A stretch of DNA of 63,826 nt, the filler included, from Reclinomonas americana ATCC 50394 (Eukaryota), in the NCBI GenBank assembly GCA_048213135.1. It is 7 parts of 3 records of this genome, joined end to end, with 100 filler letters (N's around TTAATTAATTAA, not from the genome) between each part and the next. Parts side by side here need not be neighbours in the genome. Positions count along the whole stretch, not along the records: positions 51,192 to 55,094 come from PS015328.1; positions 55,195 to 60,625 come from PS015328.1; positions 60,726 to 63,826 come from PS015332.1; 4 more parts are not named here. The stretch is one strand, 5' to 3'. Below the pieces are notes generated by a model. It saw only the letters and a list, made by a program, of their open reading frames with translations, ran no database searches and had not been told where the DNA came from. The first letter of the stretch is position 1. Each line of letters begins with the position of its first letter. Of the stretch, positions 52,340 to 63,826 are shown piece after piece. The position numbers were made by a program, and so were the translations under genes.

Positions 52340-55238
52340 CTGCCCGCTTCTCTCAAATCGTTTCTTCTCTCGCCACTGCCACTCACCGTTGCCACTCCAT
52401 TACAGATCTTGACTTGCGCCTCACACTGTGGCGGCTCTTCGTATCCGCGCGAGAGGACACAAAAGCGGACAAGCAGCTAACCAGTTCTGCAGCATGCGTG
52501 TTCATTTGCGCAGGTTCTTTGTCGACTCACTCCGTTGCGCAGAATCCGCCGCGAACAATGACGTGGCCACTCATGCGCTGGCGCGTCTGCTTGAATCATT
52601 ACCACTGGAAGACGTCGATGTGGTGCAGTTGCGCCGAGTGGTGCCGCTGATGCCGCACTTGGCGTCGGAGGCGGTGCAGAAACGGCATGGTGCGCTCAGG
52701 GCGAAGTGTGAGTGTCCCTGGCTCTGTTGTTGACCGCTTCGTGGGGCAGGCGATTTGCTGGCCGACACGCTGGTCGTGATCCACGCGGCGCTGCTACAGC
52801 CATCTTCTTGTGAATATTTTGCGGGCCGGTTTTCTGCGGTGCGTTTGCACCTCTTCCACACTTGCGCTTTCCTGTGCTCATTGCGCCTGCAGGGTTTCAT
52901 CGAATTTATGCAAGCCGTGACTGCCGTATTACTCAACACGTTTTCCGGCTCCGGGTGCGTCCTCCACTCTGCTTTCCTTTCCATGCTTTCACTCACCTCG
53001 CTTTCCCAGTCCCCCCTGTTCGCTCGCCGTGCAGTTGCTCGCCACACAGTGTTTGGAGAGGAGTTTGGTGCACACGGCGCTGGCCGATGTGGTGTTGCCG
53101 ATATTGCCGCCGGCGCTGGCGGGGTATTTGCAGCGCGCGGTGGTGACAGCGGAGGCGCAAGTTGGTGAGCCGAGAAGGGAAAGGGGAGAGAGGGGGATGG
53201 GAGGGGAAGGGAGGGAAGGGAGAAGGGGGAAGAGAAAGAGAAGAGAAAGGGAGAGGGAGAGGGAGAGGAAGAGAAAGGGAGAGGTATTGGGATATGGAGT
53301 GGGATAGAGAAGAAATAGAAGGAGAGAGAGTGAGGGAGCATGAGAAGGTTGTAGCAGGAGTTACAAGTGCAGGGAGATAGAGAGAAACAAGGGCGAGGGT
53401 GAGGGCAAAGGATGAAGAGAAAGGATGAGGACAGAGAGAAATAGGAAAATGATCAGGGCAGCGAAACAGCGGCAGTGTGTGAGCGACTGGCAAAGAGAGA
53501 AAAAGCAATAAATAAATCATTGAGAGGAGAAATCGATTGGCGTCGGAGAAACAGGGGCAATGCTGAGAGAGAGAGAAAGAGAGAGGGAGTGAGAGAGAGA
53601 GAGACAGGAGGCGAGGAGTGGTGTATTCAGTGGAGAGAAAAGATGGCGAGCAGGTGACGGAGCGTGTTTGGAGGTTTGCACGGAAATGCATTGGTACGAC
53701 AGAGAGAATGAGGAGAGTGTGTGACGTGGTGAATCAGGGGGAAGAGTGAACAGAGAGTGATTGATGGGTTGCAACGAAGCTCAAGAGAGAGGAAATGAGA
53801 GAAAATAACACGATGAGTGAATTTGAAAGTTGAAGTCGACAATGCAATGGACAGAGACGGAGCAGGGTGGGGAGAGTGAGAGAGATTGATGAATTGCAAT
53901 GAAGTTGGTGAGGTTTGAAGTTGGTAAGTTGAGAGAGGAATGGAGAGAAACGAGACGGTAGGGAGGGCGAAGGAGCCGAAGGAGAACAGGAAGAGAGGAG
54001 GAAAGCCTGGGGACTCCAAAGAATGAACTGCTGGCACATTGGCAGTATGAAGCGGCGACCAGAGGGGCTGGAGAACAAGGGGGAGATAGAGACTGGGAAC
54101 TCCAGAGAATGGACTCAGTGAATTTGAAGTTGAAGTCGACAATGGAAGGGATAGAGAGTGGAACCGGGTGAGTGAGTGACGAGAGTGGAGAGATTTATGA
54201 AAGTCCGGAGAAGAAACCATCATCGTGTCGCTCTCCGTCTCACCCACGCCCTTTCCCTTCTCATTTCCCCTCGCCAGACCTCCGCCTCTCTGCGCTCTCC
54301 TGCCTGCGCTTGATTTCGCGGTCCTCCACCGGCCAGCAGCTGGTGGCCGGCGCACGCGGGACAAGTTGGCTCGGCTTGCTGTTGCACGTCATGCGCGAGT
54401 TGCGTGCCCTGCATCTCTTCACCCGCCGCGACTTGCCTCACGCTTCTCCTGCCTTCTGTAGCATCTCCTTGTGTCCTCCAGCCTACCGCAGCTTGCAGGA
54501 CGAATGCGAGGTGCTGTGGACGTGCCTGGCCGACACGCGCACTTGTGCACATCTCGCTGCGGTCCTCGGCGGCGATGCACCGGAATCGGAGGCTGTCAGT
54601 CATGCCTTTCGCACGCTGACGCTGACGTTGGAGTGTGAGCGGGAGCTGCTGTTTTGCCAGCCGGATTGGACGCCGCCGCTGGAGAGTTGTGTTGATTGGG
54701 TGCAGGGGGTTTAGGAGACGTGTGTTGACAGTTGTGCGCAGCCACGGTTGCGCCGACGATATTGTACGAATTCAGCTGGCGGCTGTTGACGCGACTGTGG
54801 ATTGTGCTGGAGACGTCGTCGCTGGTTGAGGTACTTGTTGTGTTCCTCGTCGCCCAAGAGGGGGGGGGGGTTGATTTTCATCGCCTTGTCGTCGTGCAGC
54901 ACCCCGCTTGCGTGTCACTTTGGCAGTTTGTCGCGGACTCTGTTTTGCTTCCTCCGTCCGCCACTGTGCATCCGCGGGATCATCTCGAGGTTGGTAGTTG
55001 TGTGTGTCTGCGCCTGTATATGCGTTTGTGCTTGTCTTGGTCGTGTTCATGTGCTTGTGTGCGTGTGTGCTTTTCCGTGTGTGTGTGTGTGTGANNNNNN
55101 NNNNNNNNNNNNNNNNNNNNNNNNNNNNNNNNNNNNNNTTAATTAATTAANNNNNNNNNNNNNNNNNNNNNNNNNNNNNNNNNNNNNNNNNNNNCCTCGT
55201 CGTGTCGTCGTCGTGTGTGTGTGTGTGTGTGTCGTTCG

Positions 55239-55332
<94 letters not shown>

Positions 55333-58300
55333 TTGTGTGTGAGTGAGTAACTGTCGTGCTTGTGTGATTGTTCCTGTGCATTGTCATGCGTTCACTGTTT
55401 CTCCTTCGCCACTCTCTGTGAATAATATTGACACACAAGAAGAGTGCGAAACACGTTTGCCTCTTGCAAGCTCGTGCATCTCCTGTCATTTCCTTCTTGC
55501 TCGATTTCTTCTTGTTCCGTCTCTCCTCTGCTGCTCTCTGTTCCTTCTGCTTCGCCTCCTGCTCTCGCCTCTTGCTCTCGCCTCCTGCTCTCGCCTCCTG
55601 CTCTCGCTTCGTCTCCGTGCGTGTCGGCGCTTGTATTTGTATTTGCATGTGTGTGTGTGCGTGTGTGTGTGTGTGTGCGTGTGTGTGTGCGCTGTTGAGT
55701 GTGTATGGTGCCGTAATCTTCGGTGCGCGCGCGCCTGCGTGGAAGCGTGTGTTTTTGTGCGATTAATTCTTGGTGTTCACCTGCATCATTGTGTGTTGCA
55801 TATTGCTGTGTGCGTGTGCAAGCGTTTTGTGCGTTCATGTGTGCTGCTTGTGTGACAGAGCGTGACTCTTCATCTTTGTGAGTTCTGTTTCTCTTTCTTG
55901 TTTTTCGAGCACGTGCGTGTGGTCAATTCTGCGTTCCTCTTACGCTGACTGCGCTGTATTCCCACCAGCGAGGCTTGTGGGTTCTCCTGCTTTTTTGCAG
56001 CTCCCTCGACGCACGCGTCCGCCTCTCGCTGCCCCCTTGGAAAGCAGTCGTGGTTGACCGCCTCGCTTCGATCCCCGAGCAGCCACCGATGCTCGACGTG
56101 GTGTCGTGCTTGTGCGCGCGGTTACGGCTCTGTTTGGTCCATGTTGGCGGGGCTGAGGAGGTTCTGAGACCGGCGGTTGTAGTGGTGCGTTACCTCTCGC
56201 CTTCAATCTCAGTGCGCATGGATCTGACACCTCTCTGTTCACAGCCCGGCGCACCCGACGATGTGGTGATTGGCGGTGCGTTCAGCTGATGCTTTTGTTT
56301 GGTTAGCAGGTGGTTGACTCCTTGCGCTGCAGATGTGGAACTCGGTGCTGGCGACCTTAATGCTGCCGATGGAGCAATTGCTTCACTTCTGCCGTCACTC
56401 ACTGCGAATCGGCGTGGTCAGCTCCCGTCATCAATGGTTTGTCGTGTGCAAGTGTGCTTTTGATTCTGATCACTCACTTGCCCTTTCGGAGCAGGCGGCC
56501 GAGGCGTGGCTGACCGGTTCGTGTGGATCGGTGCCGTATGACAAGTTGCATCGGCTTGCGTGGTCCGAGTTGAAGAAGCAGAGCAGTGCGCCTGGTCGGG
56601 ATGCGGTCAAGGTTGGTGCGACGCAGAGAGAGGGAAGAGTGAGGGACAGGGAGAGGGAGAGGGAGAGGGAGAGGGAGAGGGGGACGAAGGAATAGGGAGA
56701 GAGAGGGAGGGAGAGGGAGAGTGAGTGAGTGAGGAAGAGCGGAGAGGGAGAGCGAGAGGGAGAGAGAGACAGTGAGTGAGAAAGAGTGAGTGATAAAGAG
56801 AGAGAGGGAGAGGAAGAGGGAGAGGGAGAGGGGGAGAGAAATGGAGCAGTGGGAGACAGCAGGGCGGGAATGCGAAAGAGGCAGCATAGATATAGCAGTT
56901 AGAGATCACAGCGACAATGTTCAGCGAGATGTTCAACGAGTTGTACTTGGATAGAGTTGTGAGAGTTGAGAGAAAGAGATAGAGAAAGCAGGGGAGGGAC
57001 GGGAAAGAGGAAGAATGGGAGAGATAGAATGTGAGAGAGAGAGAGAGGGATACGAGGATTCGAGATTTGCTGGTGCGACAAAGAAGTTCACACGTTCTGC
57101 ACTCTCTCTCGCTGTGCTCTCCTCTCGCTGTGCTCCTTCTCGCTGTGCTCTGCTCTCGCTGTGCTCCTCCGCTGTGCTCTCTCTCTCTCGCTGTGCTCCC
57201 CTCGCTGTGCTTCTCTCGTGCGCTCTCTCCCGCTGTGCTCCTCTCTCGCTGTGCTCTCTCGCTGTGCTCTCTCTCTCGCTGTGCTCTCTCGCTGTGCTCT
57301 CTCTCTCGCTGTGCTCTCTCTCTCTCGCTGTGCTCTCTCGCTGTGCTCTCTCGCTGTGCTCTCTCGCTGTGCTCTCTCGCTGTGCTCTCTCGCTGTGCTC
57401 TCTCGCTGTGCTCTCTCGCTGTGCTCTCTCGCTGTGCTCTCTCGCTGTGCTCTCTCGCTGTGCTCTCTCGCTGTGCTCTCTTGCTGTGCTCTCTTGCTGT
57501 GCTCTCTTGCTGTGCTCTCTCGCTGTGCTCTCTCGCTGTGCTCTCTCGCTGTGCTCTCTCGCTGTGCTCTCTCGCTGTGCTCCTCCGCTGTGCTCTCTCT
57601 CTTGCTGTGCTCTCTTGCTGTGCTCTCTTGCTGTGCTCTCTCGCTGTGCTCTCTCTGTGCTCCTCCCGCTGTGCTCTCTCTCGCTGTGCTCCTCTCTCGC
57701 TGTGCTCCTCTCTCGCTGTGCTCTCTCTCGCTGTGCTCCTTTTGCTGTGCTCCTCTCGCTGTGTTCTCTCTCGCTGTGCTCCTCTCGCTGTGCTCCTCTC
57801 TCTGTGCTCCTCTCGCTGTGCTCCCCTCGCTATGCTCCTCTCGCTATGCTCCTCTCGCTATGCTCTCCCTCGCTATGCTCCTCTCGCTGTGCTCTCCCTC
57901 GCTATGCTCCTCGCGCTGTGCTCCTCTCGCTGTGCTCCTCTCGCTGTGCTCCTCTCGCTGTGCTCTCCCTCGCTATGCTCCTCGCGCTGTGCTCCTCTCG
58001 CTGTGCTCCTCTCGCTGTGCTCCTCTCGCTGTGCTCCTTCTCGCTGTGCTCCCTCTCGCTCTGCTCCTCTCGCTCTGCTCCTCTTGCTGTGCTCTCTCTC
58101 GCTGTGCTCCCTCGCACGCTGTGCTCTCTCTTGCTGTGCTCTCTCTCGCGGTGCTCCTTCTCGCTGTGCTACTCTTGCTGTGCTCTCCCTCGCCGTGCTT
58201 TTTCTCGCTGTGCTCTCCCTCGCTGTGCTCTCCCTCGCTCTCTTTCTTGCGCTAACGATCCCTTCCACTCTCGCAGGTCGCCACGGACTGCCCTTCATCT

Positions 58301-59193
58301 TTGATCGAGGCTGGCTGCCGCCTGCTGCAACGGTTAGCGACGCGGTGTGGACTCCCAGCGGAGGCTGTCGGCAGGCTTCCTTCGTTGGTGGCCCGCGTGT
58401 GCTTGTCGGTTTGTTTTCCGCAGCTGTTCGCTTGCTGCTGTATCGCTCACCGTCTCCGACAGCGCACGCATTTCGACTGGTGCGCCGCGTCGCTGTGCGT
58501 GGTGGGTCTTGGGGCGGGCGAGAGCGACGAGGAGATTGTGTCCACGGTCTGCGCGCTGGCGTCGCAGTGGTGGGCCTCGTGGTGCTGGACGGCAAGGTAT
58601 GCAAAGGAAAAGGGATTGCGCGACTGGTGCTGACTCATGCATGCACAGATCGGTCGCCGTGCACGTGGCCGACGGCGGAACGACGCCACTGCGACTGGAG
58701 ACGTGTGCGGCGGTGGCTGTCGATGTGCTTCGGCGGGTGGATCCCTGTTTATTCAACGCGTGCATTCGCGATCACGCGCCACTGCTGCACGTGCGTGCGC
58801 CGTCACTCTCCTCTCCTCTCCCTTGCCGATTCACTCATCGCGGGGCGCAGGTGGTGAAGCAATGGCTGCGGCAGTGCTTTGTCGATGTGCTCGACTGGGA
58901 CAGCGTGGTCGCGTATCTGGTGCTCGTGGCGACGCGTGGGGCTCCAATGGCAGTTGCGCGTATGAAGGGCGAGGGTGCATGCATATAGTTTCCTGACTTT
59001 TTTTGGATGCGAGCAGGTGCTGACGTGCGTGGCGGTGCTGCATCACCAGCAGGCGCTGCTGCGGGAGTGTGCGAATCGGAGGTGTTTGTTTGAGGCGGTG
59101 GTGTTGCAGCCGCCGAGGGGGTTTGTGTTGATGGAGTACGTGGGGGTGATGAGGGAGTGGGAGGGGAGGTTTGCAAGGCAGTTGGAGGTGTGA
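46058..59193 (+). CDS. TBC1D32: TBC1D32 / BROMI (protein broad-minded) homolog, many exons; start uncertain, first confident exon at 47023
   Basis: VLQHLEELDENFH|KYKLVRLL, DILCGPAWPDL, HFDWCAASL, QWLRQCFVDVLDWDSVVAYL, CVAVLHH, GFVLMEYVGVMREWEGRF resemble BROMI N- and C-terminal motifs. Confidence 0.82.
50925..51290. repeat. 13-bp minisatellite (ccttcccctggtt)n, intronic, spans a gap
   Basis: Directly visible tandem unit. Confidence 0.85.
51530..52235. repeat. ~45-bp minisatellite, intronic
   Basis: Unit gagagagacactgatcgcacacgcatcggtcaagggttaagggtg, more than 12 copies with one interruption. Confidence 0.88.
57105..58240. repeat. ~13-bp minisatellite (cgctgtgctctct)n, intronic
   Basis: Directly visible tandem unit; explains the long L/S/C/A-rich spurious ORFs. 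Confidence 0.9.
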
Positions 59194-60169
59194 ATGAAGG
59201 GAAGATAAAGGGGAAGGGTGGAAGGGGAAGGGGAAGGGGGAGGGGGAGGGGAAGGGGGGAGGAGAGGGAGGAGTGGGCAGGATGGAACGATGGAGTTAAT
59301 GGGTGTTGTTAGTCAGCATGGTAGGTGGGTCTTGGTTGGTGTGGTGGGTGGATCTCAACAGGCTTGGTGGATGTGTCTGAGTGAGTGTGGCGAGTGCGAG
59401 GTGTGCAAGTTTTGAGTAGTGTGGTGTACAAGTCTCGATGGGTGTGGTGGGTGAGTCTAATCGGTGTGGATGAGTAGTGTTGCTTGTGAGGCTCGTATTG
59501 TCGGTGGCTTGAGCAGGTGGTGGGGCGCAGTTGTTGTTGTCGTAATTGTTGCAGTACTGTGACAGCCACGGACCGGTGGCCGCACAGTGAGAAACAAGAG
59601 GACTGAGGTTTGAAGACGACATTGACCACAGACACTGTTGGGGTCCCCTATGTTAACGTTGTTGTTGTTGTTGTTGTCGTTTTGTACAGTGATGGCAGTG
59701 GAGACAAGACGCGAGCTAGAGGTACCGGCCACGATGCTGCAAGAACTAGCGACGTTTCATGATCAGCCATTGACCGCAGCGGTGCACGTGCAGTGACAAG
59801 ATCTACTACAGACTTGAGGGTTGAGAGCGACGTTGACAATGGACACAGAGTTGCCAAACTAGGCAGCACTGTCTACCAACACATTGGACAGGAGAGAGCG
59901 GTGAAGTTGGCATGCCTCCTGAGAGGGAAGATGACTGAGTAATTATGTTTGTATGTTGTTGATGTGCCAAGGTCATGATCATTGTCAGTCGCATTATTGG
60001 AATGTGGTGAATGAAGTGCTTTATTGTTGTTGCTACAGCTGTTGTTGCTAAACAATGCAGCACTGTGGTAGCCACAGGCTTAAAGCGAAGTGAGAATGGA
60101 AGGCGGCGACGATGTCATGAAGTTGTCATTCATGTGTCATGCATTGCTTTATTGGCCTTTATTGCAGTC

Positions 60170-60350
60170 ATGTCGAGCGACAGGTGAGCTCTCTCTCTTT
60201 CTTCCTCACTCCCTCCCTCTCACTCTCTCTCTCTCTCACTTCTCGTTTGCAGCGACCGTGTGCACGCCATCTCCGCGGAGTATCGTCATCGTTTCTCCGA
60301 TGCGTCGCCCGACTTTTGTGTGCTGGCGCCTGGGAGAGTGAACTTGATTG
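60170..60350 (+). CDS. Galactokinase-family (GHMP kinase) 5' exons; remainder lost at the contig linker
   Basis: Exons 60170-60183 and 60253-60350 give MSSDSDRVHAISAEYRHRFSDASPDFCVLAPGRVNLIG; APGRVNLIG(EH) is the galactokinase N-terminal signature. Confidence 0.8.
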
Positions 60351-60725
60351 GTGAGGCGAGAGAGGGAAAGGGGGCAAAGGGGAAGGGGGGAGGGGGGAGA
60401 AGGGGGGGAAGGGGGAGAAGGGGAGAAGAGAGTGAGTGAGTGAGAGAGAGTCTGTAAGCGTGTGTGTGTGTGTGAGAGAGAGAAAGAGAGAGAGAGGTGA
60501 GAGAGTTAGTGAGTGAGGGCGAGAGAGAGAGAGAGAGAGTGCGAGAGAAAGAATGCGTGTGAGAATGAGAGAGAGAGTGTGTGTGAGTGAGTGAGTGAGA
60601 GAGTGAGTGCGTTTGTGTGTGTGAANNNNNNNNNNNNNNNNNNNNNNNNNNNNNNNNNNNNNNNNNNNNTTAATTAATTAANNNNNNNNNNNNNNNNNNN
60701 NNNNNNNNNNNNNNNNNNNNNNNNN

Positions 60726-60862
60726 TGTTCAAGGTCGACGGCACACACAAGGGCAAGGTGCTGTGCGTCGACTGGCACGGACCGGAGGCATTGATCAGTG
60801 GTGGCGACGACAAGCGGATATTCTGGCAACGAGTGCCGGGCGGCGGAGCGCCGTCGGTGTAA
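60726..60862 (+). CDS. WDR12: C-terminal end of WDR12 on an apparently inverted contig
   Basis: (L)FKVDGTHKGKVLCVDWHGPEALISGGDDKRIF...* continues in frame from ...WDVRSDKP at 61235 on the minus strand. Confidence 0.75.
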
Positions 60863-60894
60863 GTGAAAGAAACGATACCGATGAGATTTTTCTA

Positions 60895-61214
60895 TTAAGG
60901 TGCGGCCGCCCCCTTCTTCTCCGACTGCTGCTTCTCTTGCCACTTGGCGTGCTTGGCGGCAAAGTCACGCAAGTACTCCTCCGTTTGCATCTCCGTTAGC
61001 CTACAGCAATAGGGGACGAGCATGAGATGAAGGCCGTGGGTGGAGAGCAGGGAAGCGAGCGCAAACCTGGACACGGCCCTCTCGAACGCAAACACTTCTT
61101 CGGCACCGGAAAACAGTTGCGGTGGCGGCTCCACAGCCGGCTTGCCTGCCACGTGCACCTTGTGTGGCTTGTCACCCAAGTGATCAATCACTTCCATCAG
61201 CTTGGCGTTTGTCT
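60895..61214 (-). CDS. 3' fragment of an unidentified gene on the same small contig
   Basis: Open frames with a probable GT-AG intron ~61093-61001; terminal frame LTEMQTEEYLRDFAAKHAKWQEK...AAAP*. Confidence 0.3.
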
Positions 61215-61234
61215 NNNNNNNNNNNNNNNNNNNN

Positions 61235-62922
61235 GGGGCTTGTCACTGCGTACGTCCCACACACAGGTGCGCCGATCGTAGCCACCCGAAGCAATCACAT
61301 TCGTGTTGGTGGGGTGCGCTGTCACCGAGTTGACCCACGCGCCGGCATCGTGACCGCCGGTCAGCGTACGCTTGATAAACTTGCCGTCCATTGCGCGCGT
61401 ATCCCACACACGGATAACGGAATCCGAGTGACCCGTGTACAACACTTGCGGGGCGGTGGGGAATGTGGTCACCGAGAGAATGGCGCAGTCGCATGCCTGC
61501 ACTCTTTTTAGAAGAAGATCGAAATATCATTCTCTGCAAGTATGCGACTCACCATGCGCGTCGCCGGCTCTCCCGTGTACATGTCGCGAATGTGCAGTTC
61601 GCTGTCGAGACTCACCGAGCACAGATGCGTGTCGTTGGTCCAGTGCAGCGCCGTCACGGCCTCACGATGCGCAGCAATCAAATCTCCAGAACGCTGTGCC
61701 GAGGAAAGAAAACTGAGCATCACTCTCTCATGCAACACGGTCGCACAGCGCGTTGCGCAACGTTACGCGGAATGCCGCGAGTGCCGGGCTCCGAGCGGCC
61801 ACGCTTCTTCTTCGGCTCGCTGCTGTCACCACCGCGAGCCTCACCGTCATCGTCGACGTCGGCTGTCTCGGTCTTCCACAGACCGACACGCCCGTCCCAC
61901 GATCCACTGGCCACACGCGATTGCGAGGGGTGCGCCGCAAGCGCCTCCACGGAATCGGTGTGCCCCTCAAACACCATCTGCTGATGCAGAGTCCACTCGC
62001 CTGTCGCCGCCGAGGCGGCTGCCTTCTTGCGACCCTTGCTGCGCGCACCCACATCGGCATTGCTCAGCGAGTACAGGTAAAACTCGGACTCCTTCGTGGC
62101 CACCGCCAACTGGAAGGCGTTGGTGGGACTGCTGAGGAGACCATCGACTGCAAGCAATGAACACCATTGAGGAGACAACTTCATGCATCGCTCAGTGTAT
62201 GCGCTACACGCTCACCGCCAAGTTCCAGGCCATTCTGCATGTACTTGATGCAGGTGACGGGGCCCGAGAGCTCACTGGGCGACTCAAAACGCATCTCACC
62301 GCTGTCGTCGTACAGTCGCAGACGCTGGCTGTAGGTGCCGGCCAGTATGAATCCTCGCGCTCCACCAGCGACCGCCCCCACCCAGTCATCTTGCGGCAAC
62401 TGCCTCTCCACTTGCGGTGGCCTCATGGCCTACACCACACAGTGTGATGAGCACACACTCTCAAAAGACATGCATGCATGTGCAGAATGCACCTCAAAGT
62501 ACTCGAGTGTCAACTCATTCTCCACCGACAGATTGTGCTTCACCAAGTACTTCTCCAGCGACGTGCGCAGCAGGTTGCCATCGATGAGGAAGTTGAACGG
62601 CGTCGATGGCTCTGAGCATAAGTCGGTGAGCGAAAGCGTGTGCATGTGCATGTGCACATGGCCGACTGGCGACCACAACAACACGTCTGTGTGCGTTCGT
62701 GCACTCACCGAGTGAGAGGAGGTGATTCACGATCTCCGACAGGCCAAACCGCGTGAGGTTTACAGGCACGGCCAGCGGTGGAGCCGACTCTGGCAGTGCG
62801 AGCGAGAATGTGCGTGTGATAAAGCGCACGAGGACCGAGCTGTTGCTGCTGATACTAGCGCTGCCGCTGCCGCCCACGGGCTCATCACCAGCTGCGTCAA
62901 TACTCTCAGCGTCGACCTCCAT
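61235..62922 (-). CDS. WDR12: Ribosome biogenesis protein WDR12/Ytm1 (NLE domain + WD40), multi-exon
   Basis: VRFIT...LAVPVNLTRFGLSEIVNHLL|PFNFLIDGNLLRTSLEKYL...ENELTLEY, DDWVGAV, GHTDSVE, ASGSWDG, KKKR. Confidence 0.92.
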
Positions 62923-63014
62923 TGGCGTGTTGTGATGTGATGCAGTTTTTGCCGGGTTGTCCTGTTTGTTGACAGGATATCATTTTTTATTTCGACGACA
63001 AGCGCCAAGACAAC
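62923..63014. promoter_or_regulatory. Probable compact bidirectional promoter
   Basis: Only ~92 bp, AT-richer, between the divergent ATGs of WDR12 and the next WD40 gene. Confidence 0.45.
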
Positions 63015-63826
63015 ATGTTCCGCCTCGTCGTACCTCCCCGTGTGGCAAACGAGCCTGTCACTCTGCGCAGCGCTCGCAGTGAGTGCTTGTGTCGCAGCGT
63101 TTGTGTTTGCTCGGTGGCCGTGCCACTGCCGGTGTTCACGTCGCCACCCCACCTCGTGCTCGCCGCCGGTTGTGAGGATGGTGTTGTCCGTCTCTTCGAT
63201 CTCGTCGACGGCAAGGAGATCGGCGCATGCCTGCCGCCAGCAGAGAGTTTAGTCGGAACCGGCGGCGAGTGTGGACCAGTGCAATGTGTGGCATTCTCGC
63301 CGTCAAACCCTCACGTGCTCTTCAGTGGTGGTGGCGACAAGCAGTGGGGTGACTACGACCTGCGCTGCTGGTCGTGGGAACGCGATTCACCGATCGCGAC
63401 GGCGGCTTGCACGTTGCGGTGGCGTGCTGTTGGACACGTGGGGTGCATCACAGCGTTGGCGGTGGCCCCGAACGGCCTGCTGGTGTTCACCGGCTCCACT
63501 TCGTGCACAGTGCGGGTGTGGCTCGCTGAATCGGGCGCACCCTTGTGCTCCATGACTGGCCACTGTGGTCCTGTTCGTGGACTGGCGGTGACACCCGACT
63601 GCACCGAGATCATCAGTGGTGCCGAGGACCGCACGGTGCGAGTGTGGGGCGCAGTCTCGGAGGAAGGTTCCTTGCGTGACACGACCACCACCAGCAACGT
63701 CACGGCAATGGCGCTGGCGCCAAACGGCCGCTTCCTCGTCACTGGCCGCCAAGACGGTGTCGTGGCCGTGTATCGCACGAATGATTTCACGTTGTCGTGG
63801 TCGTACCTGCTCGGTCGCGGCAGCCC
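63015..63826 (+). CDS. WD40-repeat protein, 3' partial (runs off window)
   Basis: Open frame from ATG 63015: LAAGCEDGVVRLFD, GHVGCITALAVAPNG...TVRVW, GHCGPVRGLAVTPD...SGAEDRTVRVW. Confidence 0.82.
   Translation, partial: MFRLVVPPRVANEPVTLRSARSECLCRSVCVCSVAVPLPVFTSPPHLVLAAGCEDGVVRLFDLVDGKEIGACLPPAESLVGTGGECGPVQCVAFSPSNPHVLFSGGGDKQWGDYDLRCWSWERDSPIATAACTLRWRAVGHVGCITALAVAPNGLLVFTGSTSCTVRVWLAESGAPLCSMTGHCGPVRGLAVTPDCTEIISGAEDRTVRVWGAVSEEGSLRDTTTTSNVTAMALAPNGRFLVTGRQDGVVAVYRTNDFTLSWSYLLGRGS

Noticed and set aside
57015..58857. Long 364-608 aa ORFs
   Set aside because: Stop-free translations of a 13-bp minisatellite; only the 3' parts overlap real TBC1D32 exons
59290..60075. Short Thr/Asn-rich ORFs
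   Set aside because: Low-complexity (TTG)n-derived sequence with no supportable gene model

Overview
Intron-rich eukaryotic genomic scaffold. The ciliary genes DNAAF3 and TBC1D32/BROMI and a PEX7-like gene suggest a flagellated protist. Introns are GT-AG and packed with GA/CT/GT microsatellites; N gaps occur, several with an artificial TTAATTAATTAA contig linker. Housekeeping genes: kelch protein, DNAAF3, tRNA dimethylallyltransferase, PEX7-like, TBC1D32, galactokinase 5' end, WDR12/Ytm1. Two immune-like loci stand out. (1) A tandem array of six two-exon genes (8.2-16.7 kb, the first disrupted), each encoding a 7-blade WD40 propeller with hypervariable, shuffled repeats plus a conserved ~57-aa C-terminal tail I cannot assign (weakly SOCS-box-like). 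(2) A three-exon NLR-like gene (39.9-44.6 kb): putative ubiquitin-like header, HEPN-like domain with intact RxxxxH motif, NACHT NTPase, pentapeptide repeats and 13 near-identical 126-bp WD40 repeats of the same family. Also present: a degenerate non-LTR REL-endonuclease remnant, an intronless DUF2264 gene (HGT candidate) and an apparently mis-oriented contig splitting WDR12. All assignments come from motif recognition by eye; no searches were run.
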